Of a DNA stretch of 64,000 nt, positions 18,796 through 28,404 are shown in pieces. Each line of letters opens with the position of its first letter. Position 1 is the first letter of the stretch. The DNA lies in assembly GCA_043813605.1 (NCBI GenBank), contig JBDRKX010000057.1:886-64885 (forward strand), read 5' to 3'. The notes beneath the pieces are model-generated. The model was not told the DNA's origin and did not search any database. It was given only the letters and a program-made list of their open reading frames with translations. The translations under genes were made by a program, and so were the position numbers. Source of the DNA: Elusimicrobiota bacterium (GTDB lineage: Bacteria > CG03 > SLGR01 > JBDRKX01).

Positions 18796-19818
18796 TCAAC
18801 TTGATAGTTTCTCGATAATCCCCATAATTTCAGCAGGATTAAACATATCCATACAAAATGGATTTAATGAACATTTCTTTTTATAACAACAATAGCAGGA
18901 GACAGGCGCAATCAGCTTTCTGCCTAAACCGAAAAGCTCGATTTCTGCCGCTGAAGTAGGGCCAAACAGCGCAATTAGATTTGTCTTAACAGCTAATGCT
19001 GTATGGAGTGCAAGTGTATCTGTAGTTATAAGAACTTCGCATTTGCCAATAAGCGCCGCGAATACCTTTACGGGCAGATCCAAAGCATATAACAAATCCG
19101 GGTATTTCGTTCTGATAATATCTATATTCGCCGCCTCACTCTTTCCGCCGAAAATGACAAGAGCATTATCTCCGGAACTTGAAAAGACTTCGATCAATTC
19201 ACAGACTCTATCCACAGGCAGCCTTTTAGTAGGCCAGCGTTCTCCTGAACCAAAATTTATGCCTATTATCCGCTGCCCGGCTGCCAAGCCATGTTTTTTC
19301 AAAATATTGTCAGCATATTTTCGGTTTTCAGAATCTGTATTTATATAGGGCATCCCGGCAGACCGCTCGAGACCAAGCATTGCCTTTACTATTTCCTGAT
19401 ATGTCCTGGTGTTTTCTTTCTTTAAAATATCATTTTCCGGTGAAGGCCCGAGAATACTCATCTTCCACATCTCTTCGGCACCCGGTGCCGGAACGATCTC
19501 CCCTCGCTCTTCAATAAGACCAAGACATCTTGCACCGAGTCCGGTTGCGATTGAGACAGCATCCATAGATTCTTCAAGATTTATTACCAGTGTAAATCCC
19601 TCTTTTTTCAGCATCGCGGCTGTGTCCCGGATATTTTTTTCTTCAAATACAATAATATTGTCTACATCCGGATTCCCTTCAAGTATTTCCCTTGATGTCT
19701 CGTCTACAAGCCACCATATTTCTGCACCATTGTATTTTTCCTTAAGAACCGGAAGAACTCCCGTAGTCCGCAATACATCTCCCATGGCGCCCAGCTTGAT
19801 GATAAGCACCTTTGTCAT
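18796..19818 (-). CDS. Family 9 glycosyltransferase (heptosyltransferase-like)
   Basis: MTKVLIIKLGAMGDVLRTTGVLPVLKEKYNGAEIWWL is the classical GT9 N-terminus. The track ORF is trimmed to Met18, which abuts the stop of the upstream gene. Confidence 0.75.
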   Translation of the reverse strand: MTKVLIIKLGAMGDVLRTTGVLPVLKEKYNGAEIWWLVDETSREILEGNPDVDNIIVFEEKNIRDTAAMLKKEGFTLVINLEESMDAVSIATGLGARCLGLIEERGEIVPAPGAEEMWKMSILGPSPENDILKKENTRTYQEIVKAMLGLERSAGMPYINTDSENRKYADNILKKHGLAAGQRIIGINFGSGERWPTKRLPVDRVCELIEVFSSSGDNALVIFGGKSEAANIDIIRTKYPDLLYALDLPVKVFAALIGKCEVLITTDTLALHTALAVKTNLIALFGPTSAAEIELFGLGRKLIAPVSCYCCYKKKCSLNPFCMDMFNPAEIMGIIEKLSS

Positions 19819-20972
19819 TGGAGCAGATCCTCGTATATTTCCGCCAATCTGACAGCCATCATGGGCCAATCATAGTTTTCCCTGACGAATTTACTGCCCT
19901 CAGAAACAAGCTTGCTGCGCATTTTGCGGTCTGTCATAAGAAACTCTATCTGCTTAACAAAATCAGCAGGTGTATCTGCAATAAGTATATTCAATCCTTC
20001 CTCTGCACCGACACCTTCAGCACCAAGCGAAGTCGATATAACAGGCAGGCCGGTCGCCATTGCTTCCAGTATTTTTCCCCTTATCCCTATTCCCAGTCTG
20101 ATAGGCGCTACAAAAATACCGGAATCATACAGATGATCTCTTATATCAGGCACAGTACCAGTTACCCTGACATTTTTACAGCAAATATCTCTGAAAGCTT
20201 TTTCTCCGTCTGAGCCAACGATATTGAAGAATATTTCAGGATACTTGATGTGTATCTCCGGAAAAACTTCCTCCAGGAAAAAATTCACAGAATCGACATT
20301 CGGATAATGAAGGAAATGCCCCACATAGACAAGGTCGTCGGATTCTCTTTCTGGTTTAAAAGCATAATGGCCGCAGTCGGTACCGGTAGGTGCCGGATAA
20401 ACCCTTGTACCGGGCAGCTTTTCCTTTAAAACCTCCGCATCGTTATAACTCACTGTAAACACTGCATCAAAAAGAGGATATATGTCATCCATAAGCCGGC
20501 GCATCCTGGTCCACTCAACATATCTTTCCTTCTCATTTAAATGTCTGTTATGAAAACACTTATCAAAATAAAGACTACTGACATCATGCTCCGTAAAAAA
20601 AAGAGGCACATTACTATTCTCTTTTATCATGAATGCATAATAAGCCATGGTCAAAAAGTCTATCTGAATAAAATCATAGGAATCCTTCAGAAGAGAAGTA
20701 AGCTCCCGAGTCATCTCCGGACTTGAATAATACTGGAAAATAAGCGGTAATTCACCTTCATACTGCTTCCTTGCAACGACAACAACCCTTTTGCAGAACT
20801 CCTCTAAAGCTTTTAGATCCGCCGGGGCAATTTCATTGTCACAATAAGAGACCAGATGTATATCGTAATACCGGCTGATATGTTTAATAAGATTGAATAT
20901 CCTGACATTGCCTCCAGTAATGGGAGGATAGGGATAATAAGGAAGAATCCACAGGAAGCTTTTTTTATTCAT
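19815..20972 (-). CDS. Family 4 glycosyltransferase (GT-B fold)
   Basis: ITGGNVRIF N-terminus. C-terminal EAMATGLPVISTSLGAEGV nucleotide-sugar binding motif. Confidence 0.8.
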   Translation of the reverse strand: MNKKSFLWILPYYPYPPITGGNVRIFNLIKHISRYYDIHLVSYCDNEIAPADLKALEEFCKRVVVVARKQYEGELPLIFQYYSSPEMTRELTSLLKDSYDFIQIDFLTMAYYAFMIKENSNVPLFFTEHDVSSLYFDKCFHNRHLNEKERYVEWTRMRRLMDDIYPLFDAVFTVSYNDAEVLKEKLPGTRVYPAPTGTDCGHYAFKPERESDDLVYVGHFLHYPNVDSVNFFLEEVFPEIHIKYPEIFFNIVGSDGEKAFRDICCKNVRVTGTVPDIRDHLYDSGIFVAPIRLGIGIRGKILEAMATGLPVISTSLGAEGVGAEEGLNILIADTPADFVKQIEFLMTDRKMRSKLVSEGSKFVRENYDWPMMAVRLAEIYEDLLQ

Positions 20973-21973
20973 TTTTTATTTCCCAGGAACTGTATCAGCA
21001 ACTGCACATTATTAGCGCTGTTCATACCTATGTACATTATATAGGCCCTGCTCTTCATTAACAACCTGAGCGCAATCCGCATCCTGCAGAAAGCCTTTTT
21101 TGCAAGTTTTACCATATTACTGAAAGAGACCTCCAGATCAAGATACTCGATCACCTGAGGAAGTCCGATCCCGACTACAAGGTTCCCGAAAAGCGCAGCG
21201 AACATGCGCATTTTATTGATTTTTTTAATTTTTGCATAATTAAAAGCCCATCTTTTTCCTATTATAAGCATATCAGGAATTACAGGTTCGGCTATCTTTT
21301 CTCTAAACCACCGGACATCAAGAAGCACTTTTTTACCATATTTTCTGCGGTGCAGTTCATAAACATATTTGTCTGGAATATTGTCAAACCTTTCCCTTTC
21401 TTCTTCCTTGAGCCCAATTCTTACAGGAAAAGGCATCATTTTCAGATTTTTATCCATAAGTACTATGTCATCACTGAAAAAAAACATGTTTTTATTGCCT
21501 ATTAATTCCATCAGAAATGTAGTTTTGCCGCTGCCGGTAGGAGCTGTTATGATCACACCTCTGCCGTTATAATTTAATCCTAACCCATGTACACGGTAAA
21601 GGGATTTTTGCTCCAGCATCTCGCCGGCAACTGACAGAACGGCCAGATATCCTATCTCGTGAAGTAAATCGTTATCAAGTGATACCATTTTTATACGGCT
21701 GTTCGTTCTATCATATTCCGAAAGACCTTTTCCCTTATAGTCTATATATTTTTTATTCCCCCCGTCATACATCGTGAATTCTCTGTGCCGCAGAACAGCC
21801 GGTTTATTTTCCACTAACGAATAATCGGGCTGCTCCCGTGCAAGAACTACCGAAAATTCTACTATTCTTGCCTGATCAATATAAAAATAGGAGAAATCCT
21901 TCCTGAGCTTTTCTATTATCTCTTCAGGCCCGGACACATCAATCTGAATCCCATAAAATTCCAGCCTTATCAT
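20969..21973 (-). CDS. HprK-related P-loop kinase (HPr kinase C-terminal-domain-like)
   Basis: VHGLGLNYNGRGVIITAPTGSGKTTFLMELIGNKNMFFFSDDIVLMD matches the HprK C-terminal kinase core with a Walker A motif. Trimmed to the internal Met (MIRLEFYG) that abuts the upstream GT2 stop. Confidence 0.6.
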   Translation of the reverse strand: MIRLEFYGIQIDVSGPEEIIEKLRKDFSYFYIDQARIVEFSVVLAREQPDYSLVENKPAVLRHREFTMYDGGNKKYIDYKGKGLSEYDRTNSRIKMVSLDNDLLHEIGYLAVLSVAGEMLEQKSLYRVHGLGLNYNGRGVIITAPTGSGKTTFLMELIGNKNMFFFSDDIVLMDKNLKMMPFPVRIGLKEEERERFDNIPDKYVYELHRRKYGKKVLLDVRWFREKIAEPVIPDMLIIGKRWAFNYAKIKKINKMRMFAALFGNLVVGIGLPQVIEYLDLEVSFSNMVKLAKKAFCRMRIALRLLMKSRAYIMYIGMNSANNVQLLIQFLGNKK

Positions 21974-22977
21974 CGCTTTCCTTTCAAGTACATCAGAAAG
22001 CCGCTGATCAGACCCAGACCGTAACAAAAATGACTGAATGGAAACAGCATGAAGCATATTATCATAACCGCAAGGTTTTTCTCCCGTTTTATCAGTATAT
22101 CCAGTGCATACAGCATGCATAACAGACCATAAACGATAACAGGAAACAATGCCACAGGCCATATCGCGTTAATAACCGGAAATAATATAATATATAACGC
22201 AAAAAAACCGGGCAAAAGGAATACGAATCCAAAATTCATAGTGTCCAGCCTCATTGAAATGGCGCGGCCCCGGCCGGAATTGAAAACCTGGCAGCAATAC
22301 TGCCATAGTTTTTTTCTACGAAAATGGTAAACAATTATCTCCGGTGAAAAAACCATCCTGCAGTCCCTTTTTCCCAGTTTCTTCAGCAGATGATTCTCTT
22401 CATTGCAATAGAGGCGCATATCAAAAAGTTCATTGTCGGAATCCAGCGCACTCCTGCGCATACCGAGGTTACACAGGATTAATGATTGTTGATCTGCCCT
22501 ATAATCACCTGCCGATACGTTATACCTCTTTTTCATTCCTGCAGCACCCCAGAAAGAACTAAGGACATAACCCTGAGCTCTTTCAAATAAACTGCTGTCG
22601 GCAGGGGTCAGATTAGGCCCCCCTATGATTTGGACATCAGGGTATTGTTTAAATTTCTGCAATACCTTTTCTATAAAATCTTCTTTAACAGTTGCATCGT
22701 CATCTATAAAATACAGGATCTCACCCGAAGCTTCTGATACAGCATAATTCCTCAGCATAGATTTACATTCCTCATCAGCTATAGAAACCTTTACACTGAT
22801 CATGCTTCTAAGTTCAGCCACTTTTTTTTCGATATCATCATTAAGGCTGTCAATAACCAGGACAAGCTCTACTTCCGCCCTGTCTTCAATATGTTTTAGC
22901 GCGAGATATATACTGGCAAGACAATTTGCTATATATTCGTATCTTTTGTTCAGAATTATTATAATAGACAATTTCAT
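21970..22977 (-). CDS. Family 2 glycosyltransferase with C-terminal TM helices
   Basis: LSIIIILNKRYEYIANCL...LVLVIDSLND...FIDDDA GT-A motifs. Hydrophobic C-terminal 90 aa. Confidence 0.75.
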   Translation of the reverse strand: MKLSIIIILNKRYEYIANCLASIYLALKHIEDRAEVELVLVIDSLNDDIEKKVAELRSMISVKVSIADEECKSMLRNYAVSEASGEILYFIDDDATVKEDFIEKVLQKFKQYPDVQIIGGPNLTPADSSLFERAQGYVLSSFWGAAGMKKRYNVSAGDYRADQQSLILCNLGMRRSALDSDNELFDMRLYCNEENHLLKKLGKRDCRMVFSPEIIVYHFRRKKLWQYCCQVFNSGRGRAISMRLDTMNFGFVFLLPGFFALYIILFPVINAIWPVALFPVIVYGLLCMLYALDILIKREKNLAVMIICFMLFPFSHFCYGLGLISGFLMYLKGKR

Positions 22978-23032
22978 GTTATCTATTATACTACAATTTG
23001 ATATATCCTCAAAATAACTGCCGGATATCTAT

Positions 23033-23803
23033 TTACTTGCTTCTTTTAAGCTCGGCCTGCAGCATACGGCCGATCCCATATTTCATCTTTTGCAGTTCTG
23101 TATCGCGGAAATGATCCCGGGGGAAAGGGCTTTTTATTTCAATTTCTTCAATTATCCTCGCCGGCTGCCGGCTTAATACGAGTATTTTATGTCCCAATGT
23201 TAAAGCTTCTTCTATGCTGTGTGTTACATATACTATAGTTGTTTTCTTCAAATTCCATACTTTCAGCAGATATCGCTGAAGGAAGTTCCTTGTCTGAGCA
23301 TCCAATGCCCCGAAAGGTTCATCCATAAGAAGAACTTCGGGCTCTACAACAAGAGCCCTTACTATTGCCACACGCTGCTTCATCCCGCCGGACAGCTGAT
23401 ACGGATAAAAATTGGCAACATGTTCAAGGCGAACAAGATACAGGAGCTCATCAGCCAGTTTACTTCTTTCATTTTTCGACATGCCTTTTGCCGCAAGCCC
23501 GAATTCGACATTCTTTTTTACGGTATACCAGGGGAAAAGAGCATATTCCTGGAATATTATTGTCCTCTCAGCTCCGGGTGCAGAGACAGGACTTCCGTTA
23601 AAAAGAACGCGGCCGGCAGTAGGAAAAATAAAACCGGCTATCATATTAAGTATTGTACTTTTACCGCATCCCGAGGGCCCGATCAAGACAACTATTTCAC
23701 TTTCATTTACTGAAAACGAGACATTATTCAGTGCCTGTATATGCCGGTCTTTAGAAAGATTGCGATATACTTTAGAGACTTTTTCAAAAATTATTTTTGA
23801 CAT
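23033..23803 (-). CDS. ABC transporter ATP-binding protein (NitT/TauT family-like)
   Basis: Walker A LIGPSGCGKST. ABC signature LSGGMKQRVAIVRAL. Walker B LLMDEPFGALD. Confidence 0.9.
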   Translation of the reverse strand: MSKIIFEKVSKVYRNLSKDRHIQALNNVSFSVNESEIVVLIGPSGCGKSTILNMIAGFIFPTAGRVLFNGSPVSAPGAERTIIFQEYALFPWYTVKKNVEFGLAAKGMSKNERSKLADELLYLVRLEHVANFYPYQLSGGMKQRVAIVRALVVEPEVLLMDEPFGALDAQTRNFLQRYLLKVWNLKKTTIVYVTHSIEEALTLGHKILVLSRQPARIIEEIEIKSPFPRDHFRDTELQKMKYGIGRMLQAELKRSK

Positions 23804-23810
23804 ATTATTC

Positions 23811-24605
23811 TTACTCCGTAAAACTGAACTTAGCCCATGGAACGAGGACGTTTTCTATTTTTGTTAAAGCATAATACATAGCTATATTTGCCAGGCCTAT
23901 ACATATCATACCTACGAATATTCTCTCAGTTATTATAACATTTCTTCCTTCGAGTATCAGATATCCCAATCCGTCGGGTGCGGATACAAATTCCGCCGCC
24001 ACAATTATAAACCATGCAAATGACAGACCCGATCGCAATCCAAAAAATATTCTCGGTAATACGGCCGGGAATATCACCTTGCGTAGGATTGAAAATCCAT
24101 CCGAACCCAGCGCCCTTGCAGCCCGTTTGTACTCTTCAGGCACCGCATGTACACCGATAATAGTATGGAGCAATATAGGAAAAAATACTCCGATGAAAAT
24201 AATAAAGGATTGCTGAGTATTAGTTATCCCGAACCACAAAAGACTTATGGGTATCCAGGCAACGGGAGGTATGGGCCTTAAAAAATCACATATACCTCTA
24301 ACCTGCCAGTATGTTCTTTTAGAAAGCCCTGTAATAATTCCTATAGATACGCCGCATAACGCAGCGGCCGAAAAACCTATCATTATTCTCCTGATACTTG
24401 CAGCAAAATGGGTGAGCAGTATGCCATCAGTTAGCAACATCCAGAATTCAGCAACGACTTTTGAAAACGGAGGCAGGTAAATCGCGGCCCGCGGTTCGAA
24501 CCTGGGATAAATACATCTCGCAAAAATTTCCCACACAATCAGTATCAGGAAAAGGAGATCGAGTTTACGCGCTGCCACGGCTATTCTTTTAATGCGCGCT
24601 TTCAT
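23811..24605 (-). CDS. ABC transporter permease (binding-protein-dependent inner membrane component)
   Basis: Six hydrophobic segments and an EAA-like loop (ARALGSDGFSILRKVIFPAVLP). Start trimmed to MKARIKR. Confidence 0.8.
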   Translation of the reverse strand: MKARIKRIAVAARKLDLLFLILIVWEIFARCIYPRFEPRAAIYLPPFSKVVAEFWMLLTDGILLTHFAASIRRIMIGFSAAALCGVSIGIITGLSKRTYWQVRGICDFLRPIPPVAWIPISLLWFGITNTQQSFIIFIGVFFPILLHTIIGVHAVPEEYKRAARALGSDGFSILRKVIFPAVLPRIFFGLRSGLSFAWFIIVAAEFVSAPDGLGYLILEGRNVIITERIFVGMICIGLANIAMYYALTKIENVLVPWAKFSFTE

Positions 24606-25441
24606 TTCACATCCCATGGAAGGAGCCATTTTTTTGTTTTTATTAAAATGGAGTCCATTATCAGCCCCAGTATCCCTATGACAACCATCCCGAGTACAGC
24701 CATCTGAGGCAGTCCCCTGTTCCTCGAATCGAGTATCAAGTACCCAAGTCCTGATACGGATCCCACCATCTCGGCGCCCACGACAACCACCCAGCAGAAA
24801 CCCAGTGAAAGACGCAGACCGGAGAAAATCTCAGGGAGCACCGCGGGGAAAATAACTTTTTTTAAAAGATCCAGGCGACTCGCTCCCAGACTTAACGCCG
24901 CCTGCTTCAGTCTATAATCAATACCGTCAATTCCATAGAGAGTATGCAATGCGATAGGAAAAATACCGCTTATTACAATAACCATTATCATCTCTGCATT
25001 GCCGATGCCGAACCATATCAGTCCAAGCGGAATCCAGGCAAAAGGAGGGACGGGCCTCAACAGGACTATTATTATTTTTATCCTGTCCCTCAGAGGTTTG
25101 CTTATTCCCATTAAACATCCCAAACCGATGCCCAGTAAAGCCGCAATAGAAAATCCCAGCAAGATACGCTGCAGGCTGTCTCTAATATGCACCAGTAGTT
25201 CTCCTCTTTTCAAGAGATCGGCGCCCATTTCCAGGACCTTAAGCGGTGAAGGCAGTATATGCTGGGCCATGGTATTGAATTTCGGATGTATGTATCCCGC
25301 AAATAACTGCCATAACAGGACAAATATTATCAGAGAAACATATTTTATAAGGAATTTCATACGAATAGCCTCAAAAACCTTTCTCATTTTACTAATAGCA
25401 ATTTTTTTCTGTATATACACAACTGCCGAATTCCTTTTCAA
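24602..25441 (-). CDS. ABC transporter permease (second transmembrane subunit)
   Basis: Paralog of 23811-24605 with EAA-like loop AALSLGASRLDLLKKVIFPAVLP. 4-nt overlaps at both ends. Confidence 0.8.
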   Translation of the reverse strand: MKRNSAVVYIQKKIAISKMRKVFEAIRMKFLIKYVSLIIFVLLWQLFAGYIHPKFNTMAQHILPSPLKVLEMGADLLKRGELLVHIRDSLQRILLGFSIAALLGIGLGCLMGISKPLRDRIKIIIVLLRPVPPFAWIPLGLIWFGIGNAEMIMVIVISGIFPIALHTLYGIDGIDYRLKQAALSLGASRLDLLKKVIFPAVLPEIFSGLRLSLGFCWVVVVGAEMVGSVSGLGYLILDSRNRGLPQMAVLGMVVIGILGLIMDSILIKTKKWLLPWDVK

Positions 25442-26880
25442 TAAATACTGAATTCTCCGGCAAGCTCTAGCTTCTTCTCAAGATCAGGTGTCTTATACCT
25501 GTAATAATCACAGAATATGTCCGGGCCGTCTTGGATCAAGTCTCTGCACATATCGGCCGTATGGCAAGCCGCAATCACAAATCTAAGGCTTGTTACATCG
25601 GTGGGTATCCGCGCTACATCTGATCCTGTTTTATAAAATTCTTTACTTTTATTTATTAGTTTCTTGACCGTATCAGGCTGAAAAGTACAGCTGTGTTCAA
25701 GCGGTAAGAACAGTTCGCCCTTATACTGTTCATATAATTTTGTAACCGGATATGGTTCCAGCCACCTCAGCTGGACACCGCACTTCAGATCCTCTTCCAA
25801 ATATCGTCTTATATCAAGCGTATCTTTAAAATCGTCCAATGTTTCAAAAGGGAATCCCCACATCAATCCGGTCTCAACAATATCTATGTAATCCGTGGAT
25901 TTTTTAATTATTTCAAGCCATTTTTCTACATTATCGCCTCTTTTTATCTTTTCAAGCACCCTGTTGCTGCCTGTATCCAATCCGTAAAATATGGTCTCAC
26001 AACCACTGGTACTAAGCGCTTCCAAAAGTTCTTCATCCATGCACTCGGCACGGGTCATACAGAACCACTTTATAGACAGGTTTTCCATTTTTATCCTGCG
26101 GCAGAGATCCAGTGTCCTTTGCTTATTGACGGTAAATGTCGGATCCACAAAAAACATATGCTTCATACCGTATTCCCTGTCGAGCATGATCATTTCTTCT
26201 ACAACATTCTCTATGGAATTAAACCTCACCTTGCTGCCGTCAAAATGACTCAGGCTGCAGAAATGGCACCCGAATGGACAACCCCGCTGTGTAAGAACGG
26301 ACGCTATCTGGTATTGCTTGCTGAAATCTATAATATGGTAAGCCGGTTTCGGTATCCTGTCAAGATCCGTTATATGCGGTCTGCGTTCATTGACATACAC
26401 TTCGCCGTTTTGCCTGTAGACTATGCCCTTGATGTCTTTCAGCCCGGCAGACCCGGAAGCAACGACCTCAACAATCGTATCTTCAGCTTCCCCCACAGCG
26501 ACTACATCAATAAATTCGAATTTCCTGACAAGCTGTTCTGCTACTCCGGAAGGCCCTATCCCGCCGAGCAGCATCATTTTTTCAGGAAACCTTTTTTTAA
26601 GCTCTTCGCTCACTCTTACCACAAAAGGCAGATGCACAAGATGGCAGCCTATCCCTATTATATGAGGGGCTGTATCTATTGTATTTATGAAACTATCTAT
26701 TTCTTCTTTAAGCGTTTTCTTGTGGTCCAGACAAAACTCGCTGAAACTGACATTATAGCCCGCCTTTTCAAGCGATGCAATGAGCAGGAATATACCTACT
26801 GTATTATGTTTATACACTACTCTTTCATCAAAATTCTTGGCAATCGTAATATTAACCAGTGTTATATTGTTCATAAACAC
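25438..26880 (-). CDS. B12-binding domain radical SAM protein (subfamily A, paralog 1)
   Basis: ITLVNITIA N-terminus, GIGCHLVHLPFVV, LGGIGPS, VGEAE, LTQRGCPFGCHFCS CxxxCxxC, RWLEPYP. Conserved C-terminal DYYRYKTPDLEKKLELA. Confidence 0.8.
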   Translation of the reverse strand: MFMNNITLVNITIAKNFDERVVYKHNTVGIFLLIASLEKAGYNVSFSEFCLDHKKTLKEEIDSFINTIDTAPHIIGIGCHLVHLPFVVRVSEELKKRFPEKMMLLGGIGPSGVAEQLVRKFEFIDVVAVGEAEDTIVEVVASGSAGLKDIKGIVYRQNGEVYVNERRPHITDLDRIPKPAYHIIDFSKQYQIASVLTQRGCPFGCHFCSLSHFDGSKVRFNSIENVVEEMIMLDREYGMKHMFFVDPTFTVNKQRTLDLCRRIKMENLSIKWFCMTRAECMDEELLEALSTSGCETIFYGLDTGSNRVLEKIKRGDNVEKWLEIIKKSTDYIDIVETGLMWGFPFETLDDFKDTLDIRRYLEEDLKCGVQLRWLEPYPVTKLYEQYKGELFLPLEHSCTFQPDTVKKLINKSKEFYKTGSDVARIPTDVTSLRFVIAACHTADMCRDLIQDGPDIFCDYYRYKTPDLEKKLELAGEFSIY

Positions 26881-26890
26881 CTCCCTATGT

Positions 26891-28339
26891 CTAATAGATA
26901 CTGCATTCTCTGACTGTGTCCAGTTTTGCTTCCAGTCCGGGAGTATAATACCTGTAATAATCAGAAAAAATATCCCTGTTCTCTTTAATGAGATCCCCGA
27001 AAATTTCCGCCATATGAAACGCTGCGGATATATATCTCAGGTTTGTTATATCCAAAAACTTGTGATTAACAGAAGAATTCCCGGTACCCTTATAATCAGC
27101 GACTTCTTCTTTAAGCATTTTCTTAACCAGATGCGGTTTAAAAATAGAACTTTCTTCTTCAGGCAGAAAAAGAGTATCGCGATACTGCCTGTAAAGACTG
27201 GTGTTTACATATGGTTCAAGCCATCGCAGGTTAACTGTATAACCAATATCTCCGGTAATATAGTTATATATGCGCATAGTCTTTCTGAAATCCTCCGTTT
27301 CCTCAAAAGGGAATCCCCATATCAGGCGCACACGGGCCTCTTTAAAATATTTAACTGATTTTTCTATTACACTGATGGATTTATCCAGTGAAAAATTCTT
27401 TCTGATCTTTTTTCCTACATACTCACTGCCGGTCTCCATACCAAAAAAAACAGATTCACATCCTGAATCACTCATAGATTTCATCATCTCTTCATCTATT
27501 AACTCCGGCTGCACTATACACTCCCACTTAATATCAGGGCACTCATCTCTGACCGCTTCACACAGAGACAGAACCCTTTCTTTATCATAACAGAAGAATG
27601 AATCTCCGAAAAATATCCGGCGCAGGCCTTTCTGTATCGACAACTGCTTAAGCTCTTCTATAACGCTCTCTATACTCCTCGATCTCAATCTCTGCTGCCA
27701 GAAATCTCCCGCACTGCAAAACGTGCAATTATGGGGACATCCGCGCTCGGTAAAAACAGTGGGTATCTGATATTTTTCTATCCTGACTTGCGAAAGATCG
27801 AACCCATCTAAACTATCGGGAACTTCGGCGCATTTCCTGAGTTCATTTGCATATACCACCCCGTCCTTACGGTATACTACTCCCGTGATACCCTCAAAAT
27901 CCCCCGCCTCGTTACGCACAAGTTCTGCCATTGTAACCTCGCCCTCACCGATAACAACAGCATCCAGAAAACTGAACTTTTCCATAAGTCTGACAGCCAC
28001 TGCGGATGGCCCGATACCGCCCAGTAATATCACCTTTTCCGGACATTTTTCTTTAAGATACCGCGCAACTGAAACCGCAAAAGGCAGATGCACAGAATGA
28101 CAGCCTATTCCCACCAGCTTAGCGGGAGAATCGGCAAATTTTGTAAACGCGGATATCTCTTCATCATACGATAAGTCATAGTCAAGATTATGTTCATAGA
28201 GGTTTACCGTGTATCCGGCCTTTTCAATAGCTGCTGCAACATAATAGGCCCCCATTGATTTTTTTTCAAAGCCGCCTAACTCAGCAAAAGGCCATTTTGT
28301 TGTAATATTGATCAGAACAATATCTTCACTCATTATCAC
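26891..28339 (-). CDS. B12-binding domain radical SAM protein (subfamily A, paralog 2)
   Basis: GIGCHSVHLPFAV, LGGIGPS, IGEGE, FTERGCPHNCTFCS. C-terminal DYYRYYTPGLEAKLD. Confidence 0.8.
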   Translation of the reverse strand: MIMSEDIVLINITTKWPFAELGGFEKKSMGAYYVAAAIEKAGYTVNLYEHNLDYDLSYDEEISAFTKFADSPAKLVGIGCHSVHLPFAVSVARYLKEKCPEKVILLGGIGPSAVAVRLMEKFSFLDAVVIGEGEVTMAELVRNEAGDFEGITGVVYRKDGVVYANELRKCAEVPDSLDGFDLSQVRIEKYQIPTVFTERGCPHNCTFCSAGDFWQQRLRSRSIESVIEELKQLSIQKGLRRIFFGDSFFCYDKERVLSLCEAVRDECPDIKWECIVQPELIDEEMMKSMSDSGCESVFFGMETGSEYVGKKIRKNFSLDKSISVIEKSVKYFKEARVRLIWGFPFEETEDFRKTMRIYNYITGDIGYTVNLRWLEPYVNTSLYRQYRDTLFLPEEESSIFKPHLVKKMLKEEVADYKGTGNSSVNHKFLDITNLRYISAAFHMAEIFGDLIKENRDIFSDYYRYYTPGLEAKLDTVRECSIY

Positions 28340-28404
28340 CTCCAGATCCCGGCTGCCGGGTGCAGATAAATGAAACGCTGTTATAATTGCAGATACTTTC
28401 TATC

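Noticed and set aside
26119-26913. 264-aa plus-strand ORF inside the B12-rSAM genes 25438-26880 and 26891-28339
   Set aside because: It is antisense to two well-supported rSAM genes, spans their junction and has no motifs. It is a shadow ORF.
28340-28404. Inverted repeat CCCGGCTGCCGGG as a possible Rho-independent terminator between the binding-protein gene and the rSAM gene
   Set aside because: There is no T-run on the transcribed (minus) strand after the stem and the genes are tightly linked in one operon. It is more likely an incidental palindrome or an mRNA processing site.
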